DNA of 64,000 nucleotides from Dehalococcoidia bacterium. Its GTDB lineage: Bacteria; Chloroflexota; Dehalococcoidia; Dehalococcoidales; BS750m-G39. The notes below the pieces were generated by a model. That model did not search any database and was not told the origin of the DNA. It saw nothing but the letters and a program-made list of their open reading frames with translations. A program made the translations under genes and the position numbers. Of this stretch, positions 48,049-56,383 are shown one piece after another. Position 1 is the first letter of the stretch; every line of letters begins with the position of its first letter. The stretch covers positions 25,577-89,576 of the forward strand of contig JASFHK010000004.1 in NCBI GenBank assembly GCA_050123275.1, in the 5' to 3' direction.

Positions 48049-49095
48049 ATGTCGAAACGGATAGAGCGCATTATAGACGCCAACCTCAACCGCGCCGGCG
48101 AGGGGCTACATTTTCTTGAGGAAGTAGCGCGGCTGGTGCTCGACGACGCGGCGCTGACGCAAAACCTGAAGACCATCCGCCACGAAATCCTGCGCGGCGA
48201 CTGGGGCTTCAACCGTCGGCTGGTACAGTCGCGGGACGCCGCCAGCGATGTCGGCTTCGATATCGAGCTCGAAAACGAGCCCCGGGAGCTGCCCGTGGCG
48301 GTGGTGGCTAACTCCCGCCGCGTCCAGGAAGCGTTGAGAATACTGGAAGAGATGGCCAAGCTGCCCGAAACCGCGCCCGAAATGGAGGCCGTCAAGTTCA
48401 AGAAGGCCCGCTTCGCCCTCTACGCCATCGAGCAGGAGTTGCTGGGCCGGTTGACGCGCCTGGACAAGCTGAACGGGCTGACGGGGCTTTACGCCATACT
48501 GGATATTCAGGCGCTGGGCAAGCGTAAATACTTAAAAGTCGCCCAGGAGATGATTAAGGGCGGCGCCAGCACCATCCAGCTGCGCGACAAGTTTACCCCC
48601 CGGGCGGAGCTGCTTAACATAGCTCTAGAACTACGCAAGCTCTGTGTCGAAAAGGGCGTTCTCTTCATCGTCAACGACTACCTGGACATCGCCCTGGCGT
48701 CTAACGCCGACGGGCTGCACCTGGGGCAGGAGGATTTGCCCCTGTCCATAGCCCGCAAACTGCTGCCCGCGGACATGATACTGGGCGGCTCGGTGAACAC
48801 CGTGGAGCAGGCTAAAGCCGCCGAGGCCGCCGGCGCCGACTATATCGCCGTGGGCGCCATGTACCCGACGCCTTCCAAAGAGAAACCCAATGTGGTGGGG
48901 GTGGAGAGGCTGCGAAAGGTGCGGGGGACGGTGAGCGTGCTCCTGGTGGCTATCGGGGGTATAGATGAGGAAAACGCTGGTGAGGTGGCGGCTAACGGCG
49001 CCGACGCCGTGGCAGTAATCGGCGCTTTGATGAATGCCGAAGACATCGCCGAGGCCGCCCGTAATCTAATAAAAAGCTTTGAGGCAGGCAAATGA
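48049..49095 (+). CDS. thiE: Thiamine-phosphate synthase with an about 130-aa N-terminal extension
   Basis: The C-terminal about 210 aa are ThiE (GLYAILD, IQLRDK, VNDYLDIA, DGLHLGQEDL, IAVGAMYPT, VAIGGI). The N-terminal domain IIDANLNRAGEGLHFLEE is of unknown role. Confidence 0.85.
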   Translation: MSKRIERIIDANLNRAGEGLHFLEEVARLVLDDAALTQNLKTIRHEILRGDWGFNRRLVQSRDAASDVGFDIELENEPRELPVAVVANSRRVQEALRILEEMAKLPETAPEMEAVKFKKARFALYAIEQELLGRLTRLDKLNGLTGLYAILDIQALGKRKYLKVAQEMIKGGASTIQLRDKFTPRAELLNIALELRKLCVEKGVLFIVNDYLDIALASNADGLHLGQEDLPLSIARKLLPADMILGGSVNTVEQAKAAEAAGADYIAVGAMYPTPSKEKPNVVGVERLRKVRGTVSVLLVAIGGIDEENAGEVAANGADAVAVIGALMNAEDIAEAARNLIKSFEAGK

Positions 49096-49745
49096 ACGGG
49101 CTAACCGATAATCTGGAACCCATCGCCGACAAAATCAGGGAGGAGCTGACGGCCAAGGACGCCGCCCGCGAAAAGATATTGCCCCGCTGCCGCGACGCCA
49201 TCAGGCATTGCAGCCGGGCCATCCGCGCCGTCCACCGCCAGGAGTTCGACAAAGCCCGTGAGCTGCTCAACGGGGCGCGCGGTCTTCTCAGTGAGGCCGA
49301 AGTCGCTTCCACCGACCACAGCGAGCTGGGCTATACCGGCTTCGCCCGCGACGCCCAGAAAGAGTTCGCCGAGGGCAGCATTACGCTGGCGCTGGTGACG
49401 GGGAAGCCGATGCCGACGCCCGAAGAGCTGGGCGTGGAAGCCGTCTCTTACCTGAAGGGGATGGGAGAGGCCGTCGGCGAATTACGGCGTTACCTGCTCG
49501 ACAGCATGAGGCACGGCGACCTTTCCAAGGGGGAGGGGTTGCTCACGGCCATGGATGACATCTACAACACGCTGGTGACCATGGACTTCCCCGACGCCAT
49601 CACCGGGGGCCTGCGCCATACCACCGACATGGTACGCGGCGTGCTGGAGAGGACGCGCAGCGACCTGACGCTGGCTATAGGGCAGCAGGGGGTGGCGGAC
49701 AAGCTGGACAGGCTCTTCCAGAAAAAAGAAGGGAGAGACGGCTAG
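49092..49745 (+). CDS. Translin-family-like protein (tentative)
   Basis: 217-aa all-helical protein. The pattern RE.IL..CRDAIR.C..AIRAVHR.EF..A ... GEAVGELRRY recalls translin/TRAX. Assigned from memory of the family pattern only. Confidence 0.5.
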   Translation: MNGLTDNLEPIADKIREELTAKDAAREKILPRCRDAIRHCSRAIRAVHRQEFDKARELLNGARGLLSEAEVASTDHSELGYTGFARDAQKEFAEGSITLALVTGKPMPTPEELGVEAVSYLKGMGEAVGELRRYLLDSMRHGDLSKGEGLLTAMDDIYNTLVTMDFPDAITGGLRHTTDMVRGVLERTRSDLTLAIGQQGVADKLDRLFQKKEGRDG

Positions 49746-49775
49746 ACCATCTCTCCCCGTTTTAGCCTTTTTATA
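49721..49775. terminator. Bidirectional intrinsic terminator between convergent genes
   Basis: GGGAGAGA (49731-49738), 11-nt loop, TCTCTCCC (49750-49757). On the plus strand it is followed by cgTTTTagccTTTTT. On the minus strand it is followed by TTCTTTTTTC. Confidence 0.6.
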
Positions 49776-49778
49776 CAG

Positions 49779-50393
49779 CTATTTCAGGTTCGGTTTGTCT
49801 TTCTTAACGAAGTGAACCGAAGCGTAGCGGCAGAGCCGTTCTTTGCCCGGCAGCTGCTTGAGCCGGTTGACCTCGTCCTCGCCGATGACGGATATGGTGC
49901 CGAAGCGGTCCTGTACGTCCTGAGCGAAGGCGCAGTGGTCGCATTCGTAGTTGCGGTCGCAGAGACGGTAGGAAACGGCGCCCAGCTCCAGCCAGACGTG
50001 TTTCTTGGCCTCTTCCTGCTCGGCTTCGCTCAATGCCAGGGCGATTGACTTCTCCAGGTCTTCGACGCGGAAGGGTTTTATCAGATAGTCGAGCAACCCC
50101 AGCCTTTGGGCCTTGTCCCGGGTTTCCTTGGAGGGGTAGGCGGTAATGATGACCCCTTTTGCCTTGGGGTCGTGCTCCCTGGCGTGCTCGAAGACCTGCA
50201 GGCCGTCTATTCCCGGCAGCTTGAGGTCGAGAACGATGGCCCCGAAGGCCTCTTTTTCGATTCTCTTCAGCGCCTCCTCGCCGCTGGCGACGACATCTAC
50301 GTCGTAGCCGTCTTCGACCAGCCAGTCCCGCACGCTTTCCCTGACCACAGCCTCATCTTCGACGATAAGGATTTTCCTCTTTTGAGCGGCCAT
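49779..50393 (-). CDS. Response-regulator receiver + uncharacterised Cys module (C-x5-C-x2-C-x33-C)
   Basis: Receiver KILIVEDE..VLDLKLPGIDG..ITAY. The C-terminal 70 aa are HVWLELGAVSYRLCDRNYECDHCAFAQD...LPGKERLCRY. Confidence 0.8.
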   Translation of the reverse strand: MAAQKRKILIVEDEAVVRESVRDWLVEDGYDVDVVASGEEALKRIEKEAFGAIVLDLKLPGIDGLQVFEHAREHDPKAKGVIITAYPSKETRDKAQRLGLLDYLIKPFRVEDLEKSIALALSEAEQEEAKKHVWLELGAVSYRLCDRNYECDHCAFAQDVQDRFGTISVIGEDEVNRLKQLPGKERLCRYASVHFVKKDKPNLK

Positions 50394-50404
50394 TTTTCCC
50401 TCCT

Positions 50405-50448
50405 AAAAACAAGGGGTATGCTTATGCCTGATGTATAGCATACCCCTT
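50405..50448 (-). terminator. Intrinsic terminator between the two receiver genes
   Basis: 12-bp stem AAGGGGTATGCT/AGCATACCCCTT (50411-50422 / 50437-50448) with a 14-nt loop. On the minus strand it is followed by GTTTTTA, then the RBS AGGAGGG of the next gene. Confidence 0.6.
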
Positions 50449-50469
50449 GACTGCTGTCAATAACTTTTT

Positions 50470-51480
50470 TCACCGTTTGGCTTTAGCCATTTTTTCCTTT
50501 TTGCGTAGCGCCTCGCGCCGCGCCTGGAGCTTGGCCAGTTTTTGCTGGGTGTAGTCTTCCATGAGCTGGCCGAACTCGCAGCTGGCGCAGGTAAAGAGGT
50601 TGGAGCAGACGCGGTGGGAGACATCGCCCTTGAGGGTGTAGCGGCAAAGGCGCTGGCTGCCCGGTAGCTCCTTGAATTTCTCGGCGATTTCGTCCATCTG
50701 GGGGACGTTACCGCTGGCCATCAGCTCCTGCATCTCCTGGTCGAAGGCGCAGCTCAGGCAATCGTAGTCGCGCGTACAGAGACGGTAGGGAACCAGCCCC
50801 ATCTTCATCCAGAGGCACTGCCTGGGCTTTATCGGGGTAGCGGCTGTATCGGGTTTGACCTCGGGCTCGGCCATGGCTACCTTGGCTTTTCTTATCCAGA
50901 CCCTGGCTTCTATGTTGCCCGGGGCGACGACCAGAATAGCCTGCAGCTCTCTCAGCGCCTCGGCGTAGCGGCCGGCTTCGAAGTGAGCCTTGCCCTTCTT
51001 GAGGTAGACCGGAATCTCTTCCGGGGCGATGGTTACCGGCTCGATAACCTCTTTCTCCTCGATTACGGGCGGCTCGACCTTGGCTTCTGGCGGCTTTTGC
51101 TTGGGCTCAATCTTGACCTGGACGGGGCCCAGCGTCTTGCGGAGCAGCGATTCCATCTCGTCGAGCTTAAAGGGCTTGGACAGGTAGTCGATGGCGCCCA
51201 CCTTCATCGCCTCTACGGCCGTATCCACCGAAGGGTAGGCGGTGATGATGATGCCGTTTATCTTCGGGTTCTTCTGCCTGGCTTCCCGGAGCACCTCGAG
51301 CCCGTTCTTGCCGGGCAGTTTCATGTCGAGGATGAGCAGGCTGAACTCGCGCTCTTTCATCGACTTGAGCGCCGCTTCGCCGTGCTCGGCGGTCTCGACC
51401 AGGTAGCCTTCATCGTGGAGCCAGTCGCGCAGGGATTCCCTCATGATGGTTTCGTCTTCTACAATCAGTATCGGTTCCAT
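50470..51480 (-). CDS. Response-regulator receiver + TPR-like linker + extended Cys module (two C-x5-C-x2-C motifs)
   Basis: Receiver ILIVEDE..ILDMKLPGKNG..ITAY and a helical AEALRELQAIL segment. The C-terminus is CLWMKMGLVPYRLCTRDYDCLSCAFDQE...LPGSQRLCRY...VCSNLFTCASC. The likely start is MEPILIV at 51480; the ORF track extends to 51555. Confidence 0.8.
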   Translation of the reverse strand: MEPILIVEDETIMRESLRDWLHDEGYLVETAEHGEAALKSMKEREFSLLILDMKLPGKNGLEVLREARQKNPKINGIIITAYPSVDTAVEAMKVGAIDYLSKPFKLDEMESLLRKTLGPVQVKIEPKQKPPEAKVEPPVIEEKEVIEPVTIAPEEIPVYLKKGKAHFEAGRYAEALRELQAILVVAPGNIEARVWIRKAKVAMAEPEVKPDTAATPIKPRQCLWMKMGLVPYRLCTRDYDCLSCAFDQEMQELMASGNVPQMDEIAEKFKELPGSQRLCRYTLKGDVSHRVCSNLFTCASCEFGQLMEDYTQQKLAKLQARREALRKKEKMAKAKR

Positions 51481-51544
51481 TTTGTTGCCTCCTTGGCTTT
51501 GTTGTCTACCCTCTATACATGCAATTTTCTTGCCAAAGGAGGTT

Positions 51545-51850
51545 TTGCTTCCCACCCAATACCCACCCTACAGAGGTGTTACCTCTATATACTTCTCTTG
51601 TCGCCGCCCCACCCTGATTTTATCTATTCTCGCCTGTCACCCTTTAAGGTAAAGAGGGGCTCTGCCCCTCTTAAACACCACGTGTGAATTGGGGGATTCG
51701 AAGAGGGGACATATAAGGGGTTCCACCCTTATAGGGAGGGTTTTGGGTGGGAAAGAAAAACGTGCGCTGACAGGGTTATGGCTTTGAGATTGCTTCGTTG
51801 CGCTCGCAATGACAGTACGCGTGAAGCGCGCTCGCAATGACTGTGAAGTA
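51545..51850. repeat. Mosaic of repeats R1 (forward + inverted), R3 (inverted) and R2 (x2), filling a whole intergenic region
   Basis: R1 forward lies at 51548-51615 and R3 inverted at 51640-51679. R1 inverted lies at 51725-51785 (ggtgggaaagaaaaacgtgcgctgacagg). R2 lies at 51786-51813, with a partial second unit at 51818-51843. cttcccacccaatacccaccc (51548) is near-perfectly inverted at 51736-51762. Confidence 0.8.
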
Positions 51851-51863
51851 AAAAGGGAGCAGA

Positions 51864-53246
51864 CTAGCGCTTGCTGTCTACTTTCTTTACGCTTTTCGAG
51901 TTCCTGGCGTTAAGCCCGTAGGCCTTGGCTTTGTTGTAGAGCGTCATCCGCGAGATACCGAGCACTTTAGCCGCCTCGGTATAGTTGCCGCCGGTCTCGG
52001 CGAGCACTTCCTCGATGTGGCTTCTCTCCATCTCCTTGAGGTTCCGCGTCTTGGAGACGGCGTGATAGGGCTCTACGTTATTGGGGGAGATGTCGGTGAC
52101 ATCTATCTGGGTGCCCTTGGCCAGTATCACCGCCCTTTCCACCGCGTTTTCCAGCTCCCTTACGTTGCCGGGCCACTCGTATCTCATCATAAAAGCGTTG
52201 GCCTCGGAGGAAAAGCTGTTGATTTCCTTGCTGTTCTCGGTGGCGAACTTTTTGAGGAAGTACTGTGCCAGCAGGGGAATGTCCTCTTTTCTTTCCCGGA
52301 GCGAGGGTATTTCGATATTGACCACGTTCAAGCGGTAGTAGAGGTCCTCACGGAACTTGCCTTCGGCGATAGCCTTTTTCATGTCGCGGTTGGTCGCCGA
52401 GATGACCCTGACGTCCACCTTGATAAGCTCGTTGCCGCCGACGCGGGCGAACTCCTTTTCCTCAAGGACGCGGAGGAGGTGCACCTGGATATTGGAGCTC
52501 ATCTCGCCGATTTCGTCGAGGAAAAGGGTGCCGCGGTTGGCCGCCTCGAATTTGCCCTGCTTGCGGGCGTAGGCCCCGGTGAAGGCGCCTTTCTCGTGGC
52601 CGAAAAGCTCACTTTCGAGCAGGCTTTCGGGCAGAGCGGCGCAGCTCACGGCGATGAAAGGCTTGTCGGAGCGCAGGCTCTGGGCGTGAATGGCCTGGGC
52701 CACCAGTTCCTTGCCCGTGCCGGTCTCGCCGGTGATGAGCACGGTGGCGTTGCTCTTGCTGACCACCTTGATAATCTCGATTACCTGCTGCATGCGGGTG
52801 CTCTTGGCGATGATGTTTTCGAAGCGGAATCGCTTTTCCAGCTTCTGGTGCAGGGCGATGTTCTCTTCGATAAGCCCCTGGCGCTCGACAAGCTTTTCGA
52901 TGAGCAGCTCGGCTCTCTCCGGGCAGAAGGGCTTTTCTATGTAATCGTAGGCGCCTTCCCTCATGGCGGAGATGGCGGTGGGGATACTGCCGTAGGCGGT
53001 GATGATGATGACCGAGATGTCGGGGTCTATTTTCTTGACGGCTTTCATCAGGGCGATGCCGTCCATGCCCGGCATGACCAAATCGGTGATAACGATGCCG
53101 GGTTTCTCCATGCGTATAATTTTAAGCGCGGCTTCGCCGCTTTCGGCGGTGAGCACGTCGTGCCCCACGTCTTTCAGCCAGTCGCGGAGAGAGTCGCGGA
53201 CGATAGCTTCGTCGTCAATTACCAGAATCTTTACTTTTTTCTTCAT
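51864..53246 (-). CDS. Sigma-54-dependent two-component response regulator (NtrC family)
   Basis: Receiver (VITDLVMPGMDG), AAA+ domain with GETGTGKE, the sigma-54 contact loop EKGAFTGA and FLDEIGE, and a C-terminal Fis-type HTH AAKVLGISRMTLYNK. Confidence 0.92.
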   Translation of the reverse strand: MKKKVKILVIDDEAIVRDSLRDWLKDVGHDVLTAESGEAALKIIRMEKPGIVITDLVMPGMDGIALMKAVKKIDPDISVIIITAYGSIPTAISAMREGAYDYIEKPFCPERAELLIEKLVERQGLIEENIALHQKLEKRFRFENIIAKSTRMQQVIEIIKVVSKSNATVLITGETGTGKELVAQAIHAQSLRSDKPFIAVSCAALPESLLESELFGHEKGAFTGAYARKQGKFEAANRGTLFLDEIGEMSSNIQVHLLRVLEEKEFARVGGNELIKVDVRVISATNRDMKKAIAEGKFREDLYYRLNVVNIEIPSLRERKEDIPLLAQYFLKKFATENSKEINSFSSEANAFMMRYEWPGNVRELENAVERAVILAKGTQIDVTDISPNNVEPYHAVSKTRNLKEMERSHIEEVLAETGGNYTEAAKVLGISRMTLYNKAKAYGLNARNSKSVKKVDSKR

Positions 53247-55179
53247 GGCGCAGTGGTAGCGAGATGGTGAAAGTGCTACCCTTTCCTTCCTTGCTTTGCA
53301 CTTCGATTTTGCCCTGGTGGCGCTGGATGATGCCGTAGGCCACTGCCAGCCCCAGGCCTACCCCTTTACCCTTGCCCTTGGTGGTGAAAAAGGGGGTAAA
53401 AAGCTTGAGCTTGTCTTCCTCGGAGATGCCGTGCCCCGTGTCCTGTACCTCTATGTGGAGGTAGCTGCTGTCCGCCGAGGTGCGCACCGTGAGCACGCCG
53501 CCGTCGGGCATGGCCTGGATGGCGTTCATCACCAGGTTGGTGCATACCTGCTGGAGCTGGTCGAAGTCGGCCATGACGTTGGGCAGTTTGGGGTCGAGTC
53601 CCTTGGTTACCTCTATCCTTTGCAGCTCGGCGGAGTGGCCGGCCATGTCGAGGACGCGCTCGACCACCTCGTTGGCGTTTATCTCCCTGAGGCTGGGCTT
53701 TGACTGGCGGGCGAAGTCGAGCAGATTGCGAATCAGCTTGGTGCTGCGGGTAAGCTCGGTTTCCATTTTATTGAGATAGTCGGCGGCGGTATCCTTGGCG
53801 ATGCCGTCGCCGGCCAGTTTCTTGGCTAAAAGCTGGGTGTAGACCAGGACGCCCGCCAGCGGGTTGTTAACCTCGTGGGCGATGGAAGCCGCCATCTGCC
53901 CCAGTGAGGTCAACTTTTCCGCCTGGATTAGGTCCTGCTGGGTGTCCTTGAGGCGGCTGAGCACGTAGGGCCAGCACATGTCGGCCTCGGCCAGGTTCTG
54001 GCAGACGGCTGTCGCCAGCTCGCGGCAGGTCTCGTAGCCGCAGGCGCCGCAGTTTATCTGGTCGTTGGGGTCGGCTTTGCCCAGCTGCTTGAGCACGGCG
54101 TTGATATCCTGCTCGCTGGGGGTGGGCAGGCCGACGCTGCGGGTGGTGAAACGGCGGCTCAGGTCAATATCGGCGTATTCCTTGAGGTCTTTCTCGGCCT
54201 GGGCGGGGTCGGCCTGGCTCCGGGCGTAATCGATGAGGCGCTCCTTGCGCCGGAAGCCGCTCAAGTCGTTATCGATAACGGGCCCGTCGATACAGCCGTG
54301 GCAGAAGTGCAGGTTAATGAGACGGGTATCGATGTCGCCCTTGGCGAACTCGCGCAGTATCTTGGTCACGTATTCCTTACCGTGGGCGTTTATGGTCTCG
54401 TTTTTAATGATGTCGTCGGGCAGTTGCGCCGCCCGGAAAAGCCCCTTGGAGAGGGGGAAGAGCCGCCCCAGGTCGGATTTGGGACCGGAAAAGGCCTCTT
54501 CCTCTTCTTTTTCGGGGACGATTTTTTTGGCGGCGAACATCTCTTTAAGTTCGGCGAAGGTGAGCACGGCGTCGATAACGCCGGATACCTTTTCATCCTT
54601 GCTTTCCGCCTTCTTGGCCACGCAGGGGCCGATGAAGACCACCTTGGCCTTGGGGTTGTATTTCCATTTTATCAATCTACCCATGGCTATCATCGGCGAA
54701 ACGATGGGGGCCAGGTTGCCGATGAGCTGAGGGTAATACTTTTCGATGTAGGTCACCGCCGCCGGGCAGTTGGTGGAGAGTACGGGCTTGCCGGTGTACT
54801 TGGTAAAGAAGCGCGTGTATTCGCGGGCGATAAGCTCGGCGCCGAAAGCGTCTTCCATGACCTCGCTGAAGCCCAGCTTCTTGATGCCGGCCACCAGCTG
54901 GCCGGCCTTGCAACCGAGCAGGGCGGCGGGGAAGGATGAGGAAAGAACGGCGATAACGTTATCGGGGTTATCGGACAGCAGCTGCCAGGTGACGCCGATG
55001 TCGCTTTCCACCTGTTTCGCCTTGGGCACGCAGACCCGCAGGCACTTGCCGCAGACGATACAGCGTTCCTTAATTACCTGAGCCAGGCCGTCTTCGACCT
55101 TTATCGCCTTGCAGGGGCAGCCGCGGATACAGGCGTAACAGCGCTTGCATTTTTCCTTGTCGGTATAGACGATGCTCAT
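53215..55179 (-). CDS. Histidine kinase with ferredoxin + [FeFe]-hydrogenase-like + Fe-S-cluster sensor region
   Basis: N-terminal CKRCYACIRGCP / CIVCGKCLRVC. Hydrogenase-large-subunit-like motifs STNCPAAV, IGPCVAKKAE and HFCHGCIDGP, followed by CGACGYETCRELATAVC. HisKA SIAHEVNNPL and HATPase motifs N (LVMNAIQAM), G1 (DTGHGI) and G2 (GVGLGLAV). Confidence 0.85.
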   Translation of the reverse strand: MSIVYTDKEKCKRCYACIRGCPCKAIKVEDGLAQVIKERCIVCGKCLRVCVPKAKQVESDIGVTWQLLSDNPDNVIAVLSSSFPAALLGCKAGQLVAGIKKLGFSEVMEDAFGAELIAREYTRFFTKYTGKPVLSTNCPAAVTYIEKYYPQLIGNLAPIVSPMIAMGRLIKWKYNPKAKVVFIGPCVAKKAESKDEKVSGVIDAVLTFAELKEMFAAKKIVPEKEEEEAFSGPKSDLGRLFPLSKGLFRAAQLPDDIIKNETINAHGKEYVTKILREFAKGDIDTRLINLHFCHGCIDGPVIDNDLSGFRRKERLIDYARSQADPAQAEKDLKEYADIDLSRRFTTRSVGLPTPSEQDINAVLKQLGKADPNDQINCGACGYETCRELATAVCQNLAEADMCWPYVLSRLKDTQQDLIQAEKLTSLGQMAASIAHEVNNPLAGVLVYTQLLAKKLAGDGIAKDTAADYLNKMETELTRSTKLIRNLLDFARQSKPSLREINANEVVERVLDMAGHSAELQRIEVTKGLDPKLPNVMADFDQLQQVCTNLVMNAIQAMPDGGVLTVRTSADSSYLHIEVQDTGHGISEEDKLKLFTPFFTTKGKGKGVGLGLAVAYGIIQRHQGKIEVQSKEGKGSTFTISLPLRHEEKSKDSGN

Positions 55180-55180
55180 T

Positions 55181-56281
55181 TCAGCTCCTTGCTCTCACCG
55201 CCGGCTTGGTCTTGCCGCGGGACGACGGAATTTTCAGCTCTTGCCTGAGGTGCGCCACCGAGCGCCGCGAAATGGAAACGCCGAATTTCTCCTGTAATCT
55301 TGCTCTTATTGCCTCGTCGGAGTCAAGCCCGCTTTCGCTGTCGAGGAGCTGCTTGAGCAGCTCTTTCTTGAAGCGGCGGGGGCGGGGGAAAAAGTCGCTC
55401 AAGGGGACCTCTTTGCCCTGGGGGGTTTCCAGGCTCTTGCCCCTGACAGCGCGGCTTATCGAGCTGGGCGCCAACCCTATCTTTTCGGCCAGCTCTTTCC
55501 GGGTGAAGGGCAGCAGGGCTTTGGCTTCGCCGGAATCGAGGTAGAGAGCCTGGCGCTCGATAACGCCCTGTATGATGCGGCTGACCGTGTCCTGGCGGGT
55601 GTTAATCAGCTCCAGCTGGGCCAGCAGCTTTTTGGCTTTTTTAAGTTCGCTGGAGCTTAGGGCGCCGTCCGCCTTGAGCCGCTCGAGTCTCTCGTAGTCA
55701 ATCTCGTATTTACCCCGCGCCAGCGCCGGCGAGAAATAGCCGATAACGAAGCCCTCACGCCGCTTTTCCAGCGAAGCCACCTTGGCATAACGCATTACGT
55801 CGGGGTTGAGGGTGGAGGGATGATAAAACTCGCTCTGGATGGAAAAATCGTTAATCAGCTCGTTTATCTCTTGCACCTCGTCCGGCTTCAGGCCGCACTC
55901 GGCGGCGATTCGCTCGGGAGCCATGCCCGTTTCGGGGAAGAGGAAATGGCGCTTGAAGTTCTCCAGCCCCATCTTCCTTATGTGCTCCACGATTTGCCGC
56001 TTGTTGAGCAGCAATGATTCTATATCCAGCGAGCCGCTGTCGGCGGCGATGTCTTCTTTAAGCTGGTAAAAGCGGGGGGAAATGTCGGTCCCGGGCAGAC
56101 GCTGGCGGCGGATGAGTTTCTCCTCGCCGTAGAGCTTCCGAAAGAGGGGAGAGCGCTCTATCTCGACGATGAGCCGACGGAACTCGTCCTCGGGCATCTC
56201 GAGTAGTGTAGCCTGCTCCATGCGTAGCACCTGGCTGAGACGCTGTTGCATCTCCATGGATTGCTGCTGTTTTGCCGCCAT
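55181..56281 (-). CDS. rpoN: Compact RNA polymerase sigma-54 homologue (366 aa)
   Basis: Region I-like MEMQQRLSQVLRMEQATLLEMPEDEFRRLIVEIERSPLF. C-terminal half collinear with sigma-54: TRQDTVSRIIQGVIERQALYL, HTH LLPFTRKELAEKIGLAPSSISRAVRGKSLETPQG..LSDFF, and RpoN-box-like ISRRSVAHLRQELKIPSS. Confidence 0.72.
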   Translation of the reverse strand: MAAKQQQSMEMQQRLSQVLRMEQATLLEMPEDEFRRLIVEIERSPLFRKLYGEEKLIRRQRLPGTDISPRFYQLKEDIAADSGSLDIESLLLNKRQIVEHIRKMGLENFKRHFLFPETGMAPERIAAECGLKPDEVQEINELINDFSIQSEFYHPSTLNPDVMRYAKVASLEKRREGFVIGYFSPALARGKYEIDYERLERLKADGALSSSELKKAKKLLAQLELINTRQDTVSRIIQGVIERQALYLDSGEAKALLPFTRKELAEKIGLAPSSISRAVRGKSLETPQGKEVPLSDFFPRPRRFKKELLKQLLDSESGLDSDEAIRARLQEKFGVSISRRSVAHLRQELKIPSSRGKTKPAVRARS

Positions 56282-56383
56282 TTTTCTGTAAAAAAATTTT
56301 ACTACGCACTTGAAAAATTGTCAAGAAAGTTAACAAAAGGCAAATGTAAAACATCTTGACCGTAAAATCGGCATGTGTTAAGA

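Noticed and set aside
51545-51850. Considered whether the repeated units (also at 39248-39430) form a CRISPR array.
   Set aside because: The repeats are not regularly spaced, are of three different types, include inverted copies, and have no unique spacers of constant length. No cas genes are in the window.
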